A DNA stretch of 36,515 nt, taken from positions 1 to 36,515 of the forward strand of contig CAZFVX010000001.1 in the NCBI GenBank assembly GCA_964522675.1, given 5' to 3'. The position numbers and the translations under genes are program-made. Positions within the stretch are counted from its first letter, which is position 1; each line of letters opens with the position of its first letter. Below are positions 1 through 9,545 of the stretch, piece after piece. Source of the DNA: an uncultured archaeon (GTDB taxonomy: Archaea > Aenigmatarchaeota > Aenigmatarchaeia > QMZP01 > CAZFVX01). The notes under the pieces are model-generated. The model saw only the letters and a program-made list of their open reading frames with translations, had not been told where the DNA came from and searched no databases.

Positions 1-45
1 CATGCGATGTTTGTTATAGCTTCAAAAGAATTGGGGTTTATATAA

Positions 46-1893
46 TTATTTTAATTTGCATACCTTTTTTATTGCTAAATTATGGGCTTTTATGTAATTA
101 GAAATTTGGTGTTTCCAATCAAACATTTCAACAAATTGTCTTGATTTTGCTTTTTCCAATATTTTTTCATCTCTCGGAAGTTTAACACACCATTCCATTA
201 TATTTGCTAAATCCTTAGCTATATCTTCGGGTTTTCTTCCTTTAATATTAAGAACTCTTTTGGATAAATCTTCTTTATTTTTAATAATATTAATTAATGC
301 TGCGCCAAAACCGGCAACGTCTGTTGTTACAGAAAGAGTCCTTAAAACTGCCGTTTCAAAAGGAGTGTAACCCCAAGGTTCGTACCTCGATGGGAAAATA
401 CCCATGGAAGAACCAATTACAAACTCTGTATAACTCATTCCAAGAACGCCATCGGTAACAGAAAGATAAGTTGGGTAATATATGATTTTTACTTTATCAT
501 CCTTTTTATTAAGTAGGTTATATTTTTTTAAATAATTTGTAATTTCATTATCCCCCTTAAGTTCAAAAGCGGATAAAGGGGCTTCATTACTTCTAAATTT
601 ATTAAAAAAGTTTGAAATTATTTTCGTTTTTATTTTAAAGTCTTCACTTACAATTTCATTTAAACATAATTTTTTTCCATTAATTATCAAATCTATAATA
701 TCTTGTTTTATGTTTAAGATTTCATCATCAAGTAAATCCTCTATGTTTTGATATTGGATAATGGATTCTAGTAAATCTTCTCTTGGGCCTTCTGTTTCAT
801 AAGGAATTAAAATAAATGCAAAAACAGTTTTTTGGGAGTTTTCTTTTTTTAATTTTTCGTTAAGCAAAGATAGTGCTTGAATATAAAGGTCAACTCCCTT
901 GTTATAAAATTCATATCTTCCCGAAATGAAAAATATTGAACTATTTTTTAATTTAATTGGATAGTGTGGTGAAAAATACGCCTTTAAAAAATTGTTTATT
1001 CTTTTCCTAATTTTTTCATGTAATATAGCTAAAGCACTTATTGAAGGAAATTTAGAAAAATCTAAACCATTTAAAGTAATTATATCTGGTTTTTTTCCAA
1101 GGACATATTCTGCTTCTCTACCAACAACATCACTAACTGTTGTAAAAACATGAGCGTATTTTGCACAATTTTTTTCAACAAAATGCTGACCTTCTAAATA
1201 ATATTTATATGCTTCTTTATCATCCATTGTTAAATTTGATTTTAAACCATTTTCTATTTCTTTTATCAAATCCTCACCCGCGCCGGATTTTGCTCTTCCA
1301 ACTCTGGTTGCGTGTGTAGTAAAAACTAAACCAACTGGAACTTTTTTTTCTACTAAGTATAAAATAGTTCCACCGGATAACCACTCATGACAATGAACAA
1401 CAATTTTTTTATTTTTAAATTCTTTTACATTTTTTATTAATTCCTCAATTAAAATTCCAGCAGCAGTAGACCATGCTATAGGTTCATCAAAATCAAATCC
1501 GCTTCTTAAGGAATCAATTTTAAACTTATCCCAAAGATGTCCTTTAATTACATGGATGTTTTTTTCTCCGTTTACTTTTTTATTCATGAATTCTCTCGGA
1601 TCAATTAAAATTAAATTAACATCTTCGGCAACGATCCATTTTCCCCAATGGCATTTTATTCCTTCTTTTTCTAATTTTTTAAATACGTTTTCAATTTCTT
1701 TTGGTATTTCTTTTTCTTCGAATTCTTTAAAATAATTTTTGGGATTAAAAAAGCCTATAGTGTAATAATTTTTATTATAATATTTTTTCATTTCTTCTGA
1801 TTTAGAAACTAAAACTGTGTGTATTCCACCAACTTTGTTACCACTTTCAAAAGAAACTTCAAAGCATATATCAGCTAAAGGTTTTATTGTCAT
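46..1893 (-). CDS. Glycogen synthase, GT3 (eukaryote/Bacteroidetes-type) family
   Basis: 615-aa ORF. The N-terminus CFEVSFESGNKVGGIHTVL matches the FEVxxExxNKVGGI(Y/H)xV signature of GT3 glycogen synthases, and the length fits. It is the last gene of a three-gene minus-strand operon. Confidence 0.8.
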   Translation of the reverse strand: MTIKPLADICFEVSFESGNKVGGIHTVLVSKSEEMKKYYNKNYYTIGFFNPKNYFKEFEEKEIPKEIENVFKKLEKEGIKCHWGKWIVAEDVNLILIDPREFMNKKVNGEKNIHVIKGHLWDKFKIDSLRSGFDFDEPIAWSTAAGILIEELIKNVKEFKNKKIVVHCHEWLSGGTILYLVEKKVPVGLVFTTHATRVGRAKSGAGEDLIKEIENGLKSNLTMDDKEAYKYYLEGQHFVEKNCAKYAHVFTTVSDVVGREAEYVLGKKPDIITLNGLDFSKFPSISALAILHEKIRKRINNFLKAYFSPHYPIKLKNSSIFFISGRYEFYNKGVDLYIQALSLLNEKLKKENSQKTVFAFILIPYETEGPREDLLESIIQYQNIEDLLDDEILNIKQDIIDLIINGKKLCLNEIVSEDFKIKTKIISNFFNKFRSNEAPLSAFELKGDNEITNYLKKYNLLNKKDDKVKIIYYPTYLSVTDGVLGMSYTEFVIGSSMGIFPSRYEPWGYTPFETAVLRTLSVTTDVAGFGAALINIIKNKEDLSKRVLNIKGRKPEDIAKDLANIMEWCVKLPRDEKILEKAKSRQFVEMFDWKHQISNYIKAHNLAIKKVCKLK

Positions 1894-1921
1894 ATATATT
1901 ATATTGAACCCCTTAATAAAT

Positions 1922-2143
1922 TTATTTTAAAATCTTTTTTCCTTTTTCCCAAGATTCCCACTCAATTTTGCAATCCTTGCATTTTAAAACATTAAATGCC
2001 TTAAAAAAACTTGCAAACCCCGTTGATGTATCTGATTTTGAGTGTGTAAATTCATCTAATTTATATCCATGTTCGTGACAAACGGCCCTTCCACATGCTA
2101 CACATATCCCTCTTGCATCCTTTTCACAAAACCAACATTTCAT
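1922..2143 (-). CDS. Small Cys-rich zinc-ribbon protein (DUF2180-like)
   Basis: 73 aa with 7 Cys in CxxC pairs (MKCWFCEKDARGICVACGRAVCHEH ... CKDCK). I recognise this pattern from archaeal DUF2180 proteins. It is tightly packed between the two glycosyltransferase genes. Confidence 0.5.
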   Translation of the reverse strand: MKCWFCEKDARGICVACGRAVCHEHGYKLDEFTHSKSDTSTGFASFFKAFNVLKCKDCKIEWESWEKGKKILK

Positions 2144-2181
2144 TTTATCACCAATTTTTCAAATTTTGAAACATTAAAATT

Positions 2182-3354
2182 TTAAACTAATTCCTTATAA
2201 ACATTTAAGGTTCTTTCAGCACATTTATCCCAATTAAACTCGTTTTCAACGGCAAATCTACCATTTCTTCCCATCCATCTGGCGTGTTCGAAATCAGAAA
2301 AAATTCTTTTTATTCCCCAAGCAATTGAACTTGGGTTTTGATAAACTTGTAAACCTGTGACTTCATGCCAAATTAATTCCCCGGAACCAGTTCCATGTGT
2401 TGATATAACTGGTTTTCCAGCAGACCATGCCTCTAAAACAACAATACCAAATGGTTCATTTCTTGATGGCACAACAACGGCATCACAAGCCTTAAACAAA
2501 TCTATTTTTTCATTTTCGGGTATAAATCCCGTAAATCTTACAGCATGAGCAATACCCAATTCTCTTACCCTGTGTTCTAAATGAGGTTTCATCTCTCCAT
2601 CGCCAACCATTATTAATTTTGCATTTCCATAATCTTTTACAACATCGTACATGGCCTCTATTAATAAATCGGGGCCTTTTTGATAAGTCATTCTTCCAAC
2701 AAACAAAATCGTTGGGTCTAAAGGACCAATACCATATCTACCTTTAACCCATGCGGGGTCTATAAAGCCATTGTAATTATGAACCGCTACACCATTAGGG
2801 ACTATTCTCATTTTCCAATCAGGTACCCTATGAAGCCATTGCGCTTCTTCTTTCATTTTGTTTGAACATGTTATTAATCTATCGGCAATATATGTCCCAT
2901 GCCATTCTATTCCTTTTATTGATTCTGCTATACCGTTGTGAAAATGATTACCATCCCTACCAAATTGTGTTGAGTGTAAAGTGAAAACAATTTTTTTATT
3001 TCTTTCTCTTTTTATTCTATCCAATGCTGGAACTACCATCCAGTCATGACCATGAACTATATCAAAATGACCAGAATAATTCTCAACGGCATAAAAAGTT
3101 TCAACCATAGAATTACTCATGTTATGCATTTCTTGAACAAGGTTGTGGTGAAAATCGAATCCACACCTATGGTAATGAACCCCATGAATACATTCATAAT
3201 GAGGTTGTCCTGGACCAATTCTTGTAAAAACATGAACTTCGTTACCCTTTCTTTCTAAGGCCGCGGCTAATTCCGTTGTCACATAAGATAATCCACCCGC
3301 AACAATAGAATGCAATGACTCCCATGAAAAAAATGCTATTCTGATATAAAACAC
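2182..3354 (-). CDS. GT-B glycosyltransferase, glycogen/starch-synthase-like (GT5/GT4)
   Basis: GTG start at 3354 preceded by GAGG. The N-terminal AGGLSYVTTELAAALERKGNEVHVFT resembles the xGGL...G-H-x-V box of GT5 synthases. PSRNEPFGIVVLEAWSAGKPVI is the GT-B E-x7-E box. Confidence 0.7.
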   Translation of the reverse strand: MFYIRIAFFSWESLHSIVAGGLSYVTTELAAALERKGNEVHVFTRIGPGQPHYECIHGVHYHRCGFDFHHNLVQEMHNMSNSMVETFYAVENYSGHFDIVHGHDWMVVPALDRIKRERNKKIVFTLHSTQFGRDGNHFHNGIAESIKGIEWHGTYIADRLITCSNKMKEEAQWLHRVPDWKMRIVPNGVAVHNYNGFIDPAWVKGRYGIGPLDPTILFVGRMTYQKGPDLLIEAMYDVVKDYGNAKLIMVGDGEMKPHLEHRVRELGIAHAVRFTGFIPENEKIDLFKACDAVVVPSRNEPFGIVVLEAWSAGKPVISTHGTGSGELIWHEVTGLQVYQNPSSIAWGIKRIFSDFEHARWMGRNGRFAVENEFNWDKCAERTLNVYKELV

Positions 3355-3398
3355 CTCTTAATTTTTTAATGCTCTTAAATAATAATAAAAAATTCTCC

Positions 3399-3406
3399 TA
3401 TATAAA
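3399..3406 (-). promoter_or_regulatory. TATA-box candidate for the 3354-46 operon
   Basis: Reads TTTATATA on the minus strand, 45 nt upstream of the GTG start. This leaves room for a short leader containing GAGGTG. Confidence 0.3.
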
Positions 3407-3581
3407 TTTTACTCTTTTTTAGTTATGCGTATTGATTTTATTATAACTTTAAAGTTAGTAAAAAATTTTATTTTAAATTATTATTAAAGTTTAGTTAAAG
3501 TTGAAAACTAAAAATTATTTTTAATTAGTAATAAAATGAAAAAAGGACAATTAATTTTAAAAATAGAAATAATAAAATTAT

Positions 3582-4817
3582 ATGCCAAAAATTTCATTAA
3601 TCTTTGAGGTTCATCAACCATTAAGGTTGAGAAAACACGGAATAGATAGAAATTGTGAAAATTTAATTGATAGGTATTTTTCTTTAGGTTTTTCTAAATT
3701 TGTGTTTGATAGAGTTGCAAATAAATGTTATTATCCCACAACACATATACTTTTGGAATTAGTTAATAATTTAAAAAATGAATCAAAACCATTTAAAATT
3801 GCATTTTCAATAACTGGTTTATGGTTAGAACAAGCAGAAAAATGGCATCCATATTTAATAGAATTGCTCCAACAATTTCCAAAAAAATGTGTTGAGTTTT
3901 TAGATGAAACTTATTATCATTCATTGGCATCTTTATATAATAATGGGAAAACTGAATTTATAGAACAAGTAAAGGAGCATAGAGAATTAATTAAATCTTT
4001 ATTTGGTCAAACTCCAAAAATTTTAACGAACACAGAATTAATTTATAATAATAAAATTGCACAAGTTGCAGAAGAACTTGGATATAAAGGTATTTTTACT
4101 GAAGGCGTTCCAAGAGTTTTAAAATGGAGATCTCCAAATTATGTTTATAAACCACCAGAATATGTTTGTAAAAACGTTAAAATTTTGTTAAGAAATAGGA
4201 GATTAACGGATGATGTGGGATATAGATTTTCTTCAAGGGATTGGGATCAGTGGCCATTAACTTCAGAAAAATATTCCGCATGGCTCGCCGCCTGTGAAGG
4301 GCAGTGTGTAAATTTATTTTTAGATTATGAAACTTTTGGGGAACATCAATGGGAAGAATCCGGAATATTTTGGTTTTTAAAAGCATTGCCTTACCAAATT
4401 AATAAATGGGGTAATTTAAGATTTGCCTTACCATCAGAAATTGTTGAGGAATTTCAACCCGTTGGGGTTTTTGATGTTTTTGAATTTAGTACAATTTCAT
4501 GGGCTGATTTAGAAATGGATGTATCCGCATGGCTTGGAAACGAAATGCAAATGAAATGTCATAAAGAATTAGAAATTTTAGGAGAGGAAATTAAAAAAAC
4601 CGGGGATCCTGAATTAATTAGAATTTGGAGATTACTTCAAACCTCCGATCATTTACATAACATCTGCACGAAATGGTGGGGAGATGGCGATGTCCACCAT
4701 TACTTTTCTTATTTCGATACGCCGCAACAAGGTTTTGCAACATTAACGGATATTTTACTTGATTTAAAGGGAAGGATTTATCAAAAAATGCTTAAAAATA
4801 ATGGGGTAAAAAAATAA
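3582..4817 (+). CDS. Glycoside hydrolase family 57 protein (alpha-amylase-like)
   Basis: The N-terminal LIFEVHQPLRL is the GH57 HQP region. Internal motifs are GIFTEG and DYETFGEH. 411 aa, in a glycogen-gene context. Confidence 0.75.
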   Translation: MPKISLIFEVHQPLRLRKHGIDRNCENLIDRYFSLGFSKFVFDRVANKCYYPTTHILLELVNNLKNESKPFKIAFSITGLWLEQAEKWHPYLIELLQQFPKKCVEFLDETYYHSLASLYNNGKTEFIEQVKEHRELIKSLFGQTPKILTNTELIYNNKIAQVAEELGYKGIFTEGVPRVLKWRSPNYVYKPPEYVCKNVKILLRNRRLTDDVGYRFSSRDWDQWPLTSEKYSAWLAACEGQCVNLFLDYETFGEHQWEESGIFWFLKALPYQINKWGNLRFALPSEIVEEFQPVGVFDVFEFSTISWADLEMDVSAWLGNEMQMKCHKELEILGEEIKKTGDPELIRIWRLLQTSDHLHNICTKWWGDGDVHHYFSYFDTPQQGFATLTDILLDLKGRIYQKMLKNNGVKK

Positions 4818-4917
4818 TTCGTTTCATGACGTAATAATTATTTACTTTCAAAGAAATTAAAATAAAAAATAATTTTTTTCGATAAGCAGAACCAACTAAA
4901 TTAAATTTCTATTTTAA

Positions 4918-7041
4918 ATGTTAAAGATTTATTATGGAAAATTAAAAAATAAAAAGATTTTTATGTTAAAATGGGAAGTTAAAGGAAATGAATTAAAAGA
5001 TAAAATATATTCTCAAACAGGCTTAAAATCATTTATTTATAGGTATACTGATACTGGGTTTAAAAATAAATGGTGTGGTCTTTGGGGACCTCCGTTAAAA
5101 TATTTAGATTATTACGCTTATAAAATAAAAGCTAACGATTTAGAAGAATGGTTATCTTGGGATAACTGTAATAAATTTATTCTTAAACCATGGGGGGCGT
5201 GGCATTATTTTAGGTTAGAAAAAATAAATGGTTTAGAAATTAATGAATTTGTTTTTGTTCCCAAAAAAAGAAGGTGTGTTATTTCTGTTCTTAAAATAAA
5301 GAATTTAGATGAAAAGAAAGAAATATCAATTACCCTTGAGTGCGGAATAAATATAAGAGAAAAATGGGAAAATTATCATGAAAGAGAATACGATTTAAGA
5401 TTTAACAAAGTAAGAAATTCTGTTTTAGTAAAAACAAAAAATAAACCGTGGTGGATTATGTTTGGTTGTGGGCGCTTGAAAAAAATTAAAATAAATTTTG
5501 AAAAAATTGAAAGTAGATACAAAGAACATAAACCAGGCGGTTCTTTACAAAGATGTTTTTTACCGGGAAATTATGAAATAAAATTTACTTTAAACGGCAA
5601 AGAAGAAATCCAAATACCTTTCATATTTTCTTTCTCCAATAAATCAATGAATGATTTACTAGAAAATTTTGATATTGTTTTTAGAAGATGGAAAAAAATA
5701 ATTTATGAAAAACCAAAAGATTATAAAAAATTTGTTGATGGTTTAGTAACGCCCGATAAAAAAATAAATAAAACATTTTTGTGGAGTATATTTAATTTGA
5801 AAGATCTAATTCATTTATCAGATTTTGGTTTAGGAATTTTTGCTGGACTTCCTTGGTTTATAGAATTTTGGTTTAGGGATAGTTTTTGGTCTTTAAAAGC
5901 TTTATTGGATATAGGCGAATTTAAGTTAGTTAAAGATTGCATAAGAACTTTTTTGAATTTTTATAATAAAAATTATGGTTTGCCGGGAATGGTTACACTA
6001 AATGAAAATGTCACATACAACTTTGCAGACACAAATCCTTTGTTTTTAATCTTATTAAACGAATATTTAAAATTAACCGACGATTTAGAATTTTTAAAAG
6101 AAAATAAAAAAACAATTAAAAACGTTATTAAAAAATTGAAACTCGAGAATTACTTAGTTAACTGTAATTCAAAATTTACTTGGATGGATTCTTATGATAG
6201 GGGGTCTTATCCCATAGAGATTCAATCCCTTTGGTGTGAGGCATTAAAAAATTATAATTTTGATTTAAGTGAAAGGATTAAAAAAATTATTAATGAAAAA
6301 TATTGGAATGTAAATGAAAAATATTTTTATGATTCATTTAATAGTAAACCCGATAATTCATTAACAATAAATCCTATAATCCCCTTAATTTTAAACCAAA
6401 TAAATAATGATAAAGCCCGACCGATGTTGGAAAAAATTGAAAGTGAATTTGTTTCAAAATATGGTATAAGAACAAGATCGTTTAAGGATAAAAAATATTC
6501 TCCTTCGGGCTATCATACGGGCTCTGTTTGGGGGCTCACAACGGGGTGGGGAATATGCTCAGAATTTTTAAATAATAATATTTCAAAGGGATTAAAATAT
6601 TTAAACTTTTTAGTAAAAGATATGGAAAGAAATCAAATTGGTTCTTTATCAGAAGTTTTAAATGCTGAAACGGGCGAATTAATTGGATGTTCGATGCAAG
6701 CGTGGTCATCTGCTTTGTTCATAATAGCAATGGACGAGTTTTTACTTGGGATAAAACCAAATTTAATAAAAAAGGAGTTAATTTTAGAACCAAAAATACC
6801 AAAGAACTGGGATAAAATTAAAAGAGAAAAAAGAATTGGAAATAATTTTGGTAATTTTATTTTTCAAAGAAAAAGAAATAAATTAGAAATTGAAATAAAA
6901 TTTGAAAAAACTCCAGAAATAAAAGGAAAGTTAATTTTACCCGAAAAAAGAAAAATTAAAATAAATAAAATTGAAAAAATAACAAATGTTTTTGAATTTG
7001 AATTATTAAAGAAAAATAAAATTGAAATTTATAATTTTTGA
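4918..7041 (+). CDS. Glycogen debranching enzyme (amylo-alpha-1,6-glucosidase, GDE_C type)
   Basis: 707 aa. GLPWFIEFWFRDSFWSLKALL and YHTGSVWGLTTGW are typical of the (alpha/alpha)6 GDE_C domain. An alternative start is Met16 (4963). Confidence 0.8.
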   Translation: MLKIYYGKLKNKKIFMLKWEVKGNELKDKIYSQTGLKSFIYRYTDTGFKNKWCGLWGPPLKYLDYYAYKIKANDLEEWLSWDNCNKFILKPWGAWHYFRLEKINGLEINEFVFVPKKRRCVISVLKIKNLDEKKEISITLECGINIREKWENYHEREYDLRFNKVRNSVLVKTKNKPWWIMFGCGRLKKIKINFEKIESRYKEHKPGGSLQRCFLPGNYEIKFTLNGKEEIQIPFIFSFSNKSMNDLLENFDIVFRRWKKIIYEKPKDYKKFVDGLVTPDKKINKTFLWSIFNLKDLIHLSDFGLGIFAGLPWFIEFWFRDSFWSLKALLDIGEFKLVKDCIRTFLNFYNKNYGLPGMVTLNENVTYNFADTNPLFLILLNEYLKLTDDLEFLKENKKTIKNVIKKLKLENYLVNCNSKFTWMDSYDRGSYPIEIQSLWCEALKNYNFDLSERIKKIINEKYWNVNEKYFYDSFNSKPDNSLTINPIIPLILNQINNDKARPMLEKIESEFVSKYGIRTRSFKDKKYSPSGYHTGSVWGLTTGWGICSEFLNNNISKGLKYLNFLVKDMERNQIGSLSEVLNAETGELIGCSMQAWSSALFIIAMDEFLLGIKPNLIKKELILEPKIPKNWDKIKREKRIGNNFGNFIFQRKRNKLEIEIKFEKTPEIKGKLILPEKRKIKINKIEKITNVFEFELLKKNKIEIYNF

Positions 7042-8159
7042 ATTGCTTTTGCCAATCTAAAAGCATTTAATGCATGTTCTCTTCCAAGTAAAAATTTATA
7101 TGCATTTTTCTTATAATCAAACCAATCAGCTGATTCTGCCAAAAACAATTCCCTTTTTGCCCTTTCAAGTAAATTTTCTCCCGCTTTATTCATTACAAGA
7201 CCCTTGCTTAAATTAATCTCATCTCTCGCATAATCAATTAGTTTAAATAATATTTTTTGTTCATCTAACCGTGACCAAATTTTTAAAGAACAATCGCCTT
7301 CTAAAGAATGAGGAGAAATATAAAATATATTTTCTTCTTTTGCTTCAATAGGAAATTTTTCTAAATAATCAGAAATTAAAATTGGTTTAAAATTATTAAT
7401 TTCTTTTATTTCTTTAAAGAAAAGTTCATAAGAATTTAAAATTTCAATATTAATATCCTTTGTATTTATAAGAAAAATAATTATTGGATTTTCATTCCCG
7501 TAAAGGTTTAATATTCTTTCTAATTCACTTAAAATTTTTTCTTTATTTTCTTCACTAAAATTTTGTAATAAAGAAGATAAATTTTTATTCACTAAAACTG
7601 TCTTTATGTAATTTCCTTTTATTCCCCAAAAATAACAAGGTTTAAATAAAATTTCTTCTTTATAATTCATCAAATCAATTTTTAACCATTCATCGCTCGC
7701 CAAAATCCATTCAAATTTATTTTCTATAATAGAATCGATCAACCACGGATCATATACAAGTTCTGGAAAGAAAAATCCTTTTGGTTTAAAATCATTTATT
7801 TTTTCTAAGTGGAAATTTATTTGTTCTTTAACATCTTCTTCTGGTAAAAAGGGAAGTAATGCATTAAAATAAGAAGTTCCTAAAATTTCAAATTTTTTCT
7901 TTTTAAATAATTTTTTTAAATCCTTTAATAAATTTGGGTTTTCATTTTCTAATTGCTCAATTAATATTCCACTAATATTTAAGACAAATGGTAAATCTAT
8001 ATTTATACAAATGTCGATAAATTTCTTGCAAAATTCTACAACTTTTTTGCTCCACTGTTTTCTGTAACCAAGAATTTCGCCCATATGCTTATCAAGGAAT
8101 GGCCTAGAAGGCAAAAGTGGTCGGTGTAAATTCCATAAAAATGACAAATATAATTTCAT
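7029..8159 (-). CDS. GH57-like protein (divergent paralog)
   Basis: The N-terminus LSFLWNLHRPLLP has HRP in place of HQP, and FFFPELVYDP could hold the nucleophile Glu. 376 aa. Its 3' end overlaps the debranching-enzyme gene by 13 nt. Confidence 0.55.
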   Translation of the reverse strand: MKLYLSFLWNLHRPLLPSRPFLDKHMGEILGYRKQWSKKVVEFCKKFIDICINIDLPFVLNISGILIEQLENENPNLLKDLKKLFKKKKFEILGTSYFNALLPFLPEEDVKEQINFHLEKINDFKPKGFFFPELVYDPWLIDSIIENKFEWILASDEWLKIDLMNYKEEILFKPCYFWGIKGNYIKTVLVNKNLSSLLQNFSEENKEKILSELERILNLYGNENPIIIFLINTKDINIEILNSYELFFKEIKEINNFKPILISDYLEKFPIEAKEENIFYISPHSLEGDCSLKIWSRLDEQKILFKLIDYARDEINLSKGLVMNKAGENLLERAKRELFLAESADWFDYKKNAYKFLLGREHALNAFRLAKAIQKL

Positions 8160-8232
8160 GATATTTTATTATTTTTTTATTTAAAATTAATTTAAGAGTT
8201 AAATTTATAAGGGAAAAAGTTAATTTTTATTT

Positions 8233-9327
8233 ATGAAAATAACATTTTCTGTGATAAAGGCAGATATTGGCGGTTGGGTTGGACATTCCCATTCACACCC
8301 AGAAATTATAGAATTAGCAAAAAAAGAAATGCAAAAGGCAAAGGAAGAAAATAAAATAATTGATTTTCACGTAACTGCTTGTGGGGATGATTTACAATTA
8401 ATAATGACACATGATAAAGGATTAGAAAATCCAGAAATTCATGGCTTGGCTTGGAATATATTTTTAGAGTGTACAAAATTAGCAAAAAAACTAAAATTAT
8501 ATGGAGCTGGACAAGATTTATTAAAATCAACCTTTTCTGGTAACTTAAAAGGCATGGGTCCTGGTGTAGCGGAAATGGAATTTGAAGAAAGACCATCAGA
8601 ACCAATTATAGTTTTTATGGCGGATAAAACAGAGCCGGGTGCATGGAATTTACCTTTATATAAAATATTTGCGGACCCATTTACAAATCCCGGTTTAGTT
8701 ATTGACCCAAGTATGTCTTGTGGATTTAAATTTGATGTTCATGACGTTGTTGAACATAAACACATTTGGTTAAATACGCCGGAAGAAAGTTATGAAATGC
8801 TTGCATTTATTGGAACCGTGGGTAGATATGTAATTAAGTCGGTAGTAAAAAAAGATAATAATGAAATAGCAGCAGTAACATCAACTGATAGATTAAATTT
8901 AATAGCGGGAAAATATGTTGGTAAGGATGATCCCGTTATGATCATCAGGGCACAGCATGGTTTACCCGATGTTGGTGAAATTTTAGAAGCGTTTGCAAGA
9001 CCACATTATGTCGCTGGTTGGAATAGAGGAAGCCACAACGGTCCTTTAATGCCCGTTTCTGTGAAAGATGCTCATATGTCAAGATTTGATGGTCCTCCAA
9101 GAGTTATGGCTTTAGGTTTTCAATTAGCAAATGGTAAATTAGGTTTGCCAGCAGATATGTTTGATGACCCAGCTTTTGATGAAGCAAGAAGAGAAGCGAA
9201 TTTAATGGCAAACTTCATAAGGAGAAATGGTCCTTTCCAGCCACATAGATTGGAGATGGACGAAATGGAATATACGAATTTAGTTAAAATAATGGAAAAA
9301 TTAAAAGATAGGTTTAAAAAATTATAA
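8233..9327 (+). CDS. fbp: Fructose-1,6-bisphosphate aldolase/phosphatase (class V FBPase)
   Basis: MKITFSVIKADIGGWVGHSHSHPE is the characteristic N-terminus of the archaeal bifunctional enzyme. The 364-aa length fits. Confidence 0.95.
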   Translation: MKITFSVIKADIGGWVGHSHSHPEIIELAKKEMQKAKEENKIIDFHVTACGDDLQLIMTHDKGLENPEIHGLAWNIFLECTKLAKKLKLYGAGQDLLKSTFSGNLKGMGPGVAEMEFEERPSEPIIVFMADKTEPGAWNLPLYKIFADPFTNPGLVIDPSMSCGFKFDVHDVVEHKHIWLNTPEESYEMLAFIGTVGRYVIKSVVKKDNNEIAAVTSTDRLNLIAGKYVGKDDPVMIIRAQHGLPDVGEILEAFARPHYVAGWNRGSHNGPLMPVSVKDAHMSRFDGPPRVMALGFQLANGKLGLPADMFDDPAFDEARREANLMANFIRRNGPFQPHRLEMDEMEYTNLVKIMEKLKDRFKKL

Positions 9328-9328
9328 G

Positions 9329-9544
9329 GTGAATATGAAACCCGAAGTGTTTTTTGGCATAAATGCGGGAAAAGTTTGGGAGATTTTAAAGAAAAATAAA
9401 AAGGACTTGGGTGCAAAATCAATAGCAAAAGAAACCAAATTATCTATAGAAGAGGTTTATGGGGCACTGGGATGGCTTGGAAGAGAAGGCAAAATCGAAG
9501 TTATTAACAGGGGAAGAGCGAAAACTTTTAAATTATTGGAGTAG
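9329..9544 (+). CDS. Small winged-helix protein (DUF2582-like)
   Basis: 71 aa. AGKVWEIL...KETKLSIEEVYGALGWLGREGKI matches the small archaeal wHTH family. It starts 1 nt after the fbp stop. Confidence 0.5.
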   Translation: MNMKPEVFFGINAGKVWEILKKNKKDLGAKSIAKETKLSIEEVYGALGWLGREGKIEVINRGRAKTFKLLE

Positions 9545-9545
9545 T

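Noticed and set aside
2157-2171. Palindrome TTTCAAA-T-TTTGAAA between the GT-B gene and the DUF2180-like gene
   Set aside because: It consists almost entirely of A/T with a 1-nt spacer, so it is easily produced by chance at this base composition. It could still be a weak protein-binding site.
2357-3258. Plus-strand ORFs 2357-2548 and 3046-3258 inside the glycosyltransferase gene
   Set aside because: They are antisense shadows of a well-supported minus-strand CDS. They are low-complexity and have no motifs or start context.
2182-3354. Apparently higher GC of the 390-aa glycosyltransferase gene as a sign of horizontal transfer
   Set aside because: The Arg codons I checked are AGA/AGG like the native genes. 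Other conserved native enzymes (fbp, hmgA) reach similar GC, so the difference is explained by amino-acid composition.
8306-9428. Minus-strand ORFs 8306-8605 and 9120-9428 opposite fbp and the wHTH gene
   Set aside because: They are antisense shadows in AT-rich DNA, with Leu/Phe/Ile-rich nonsense composition.
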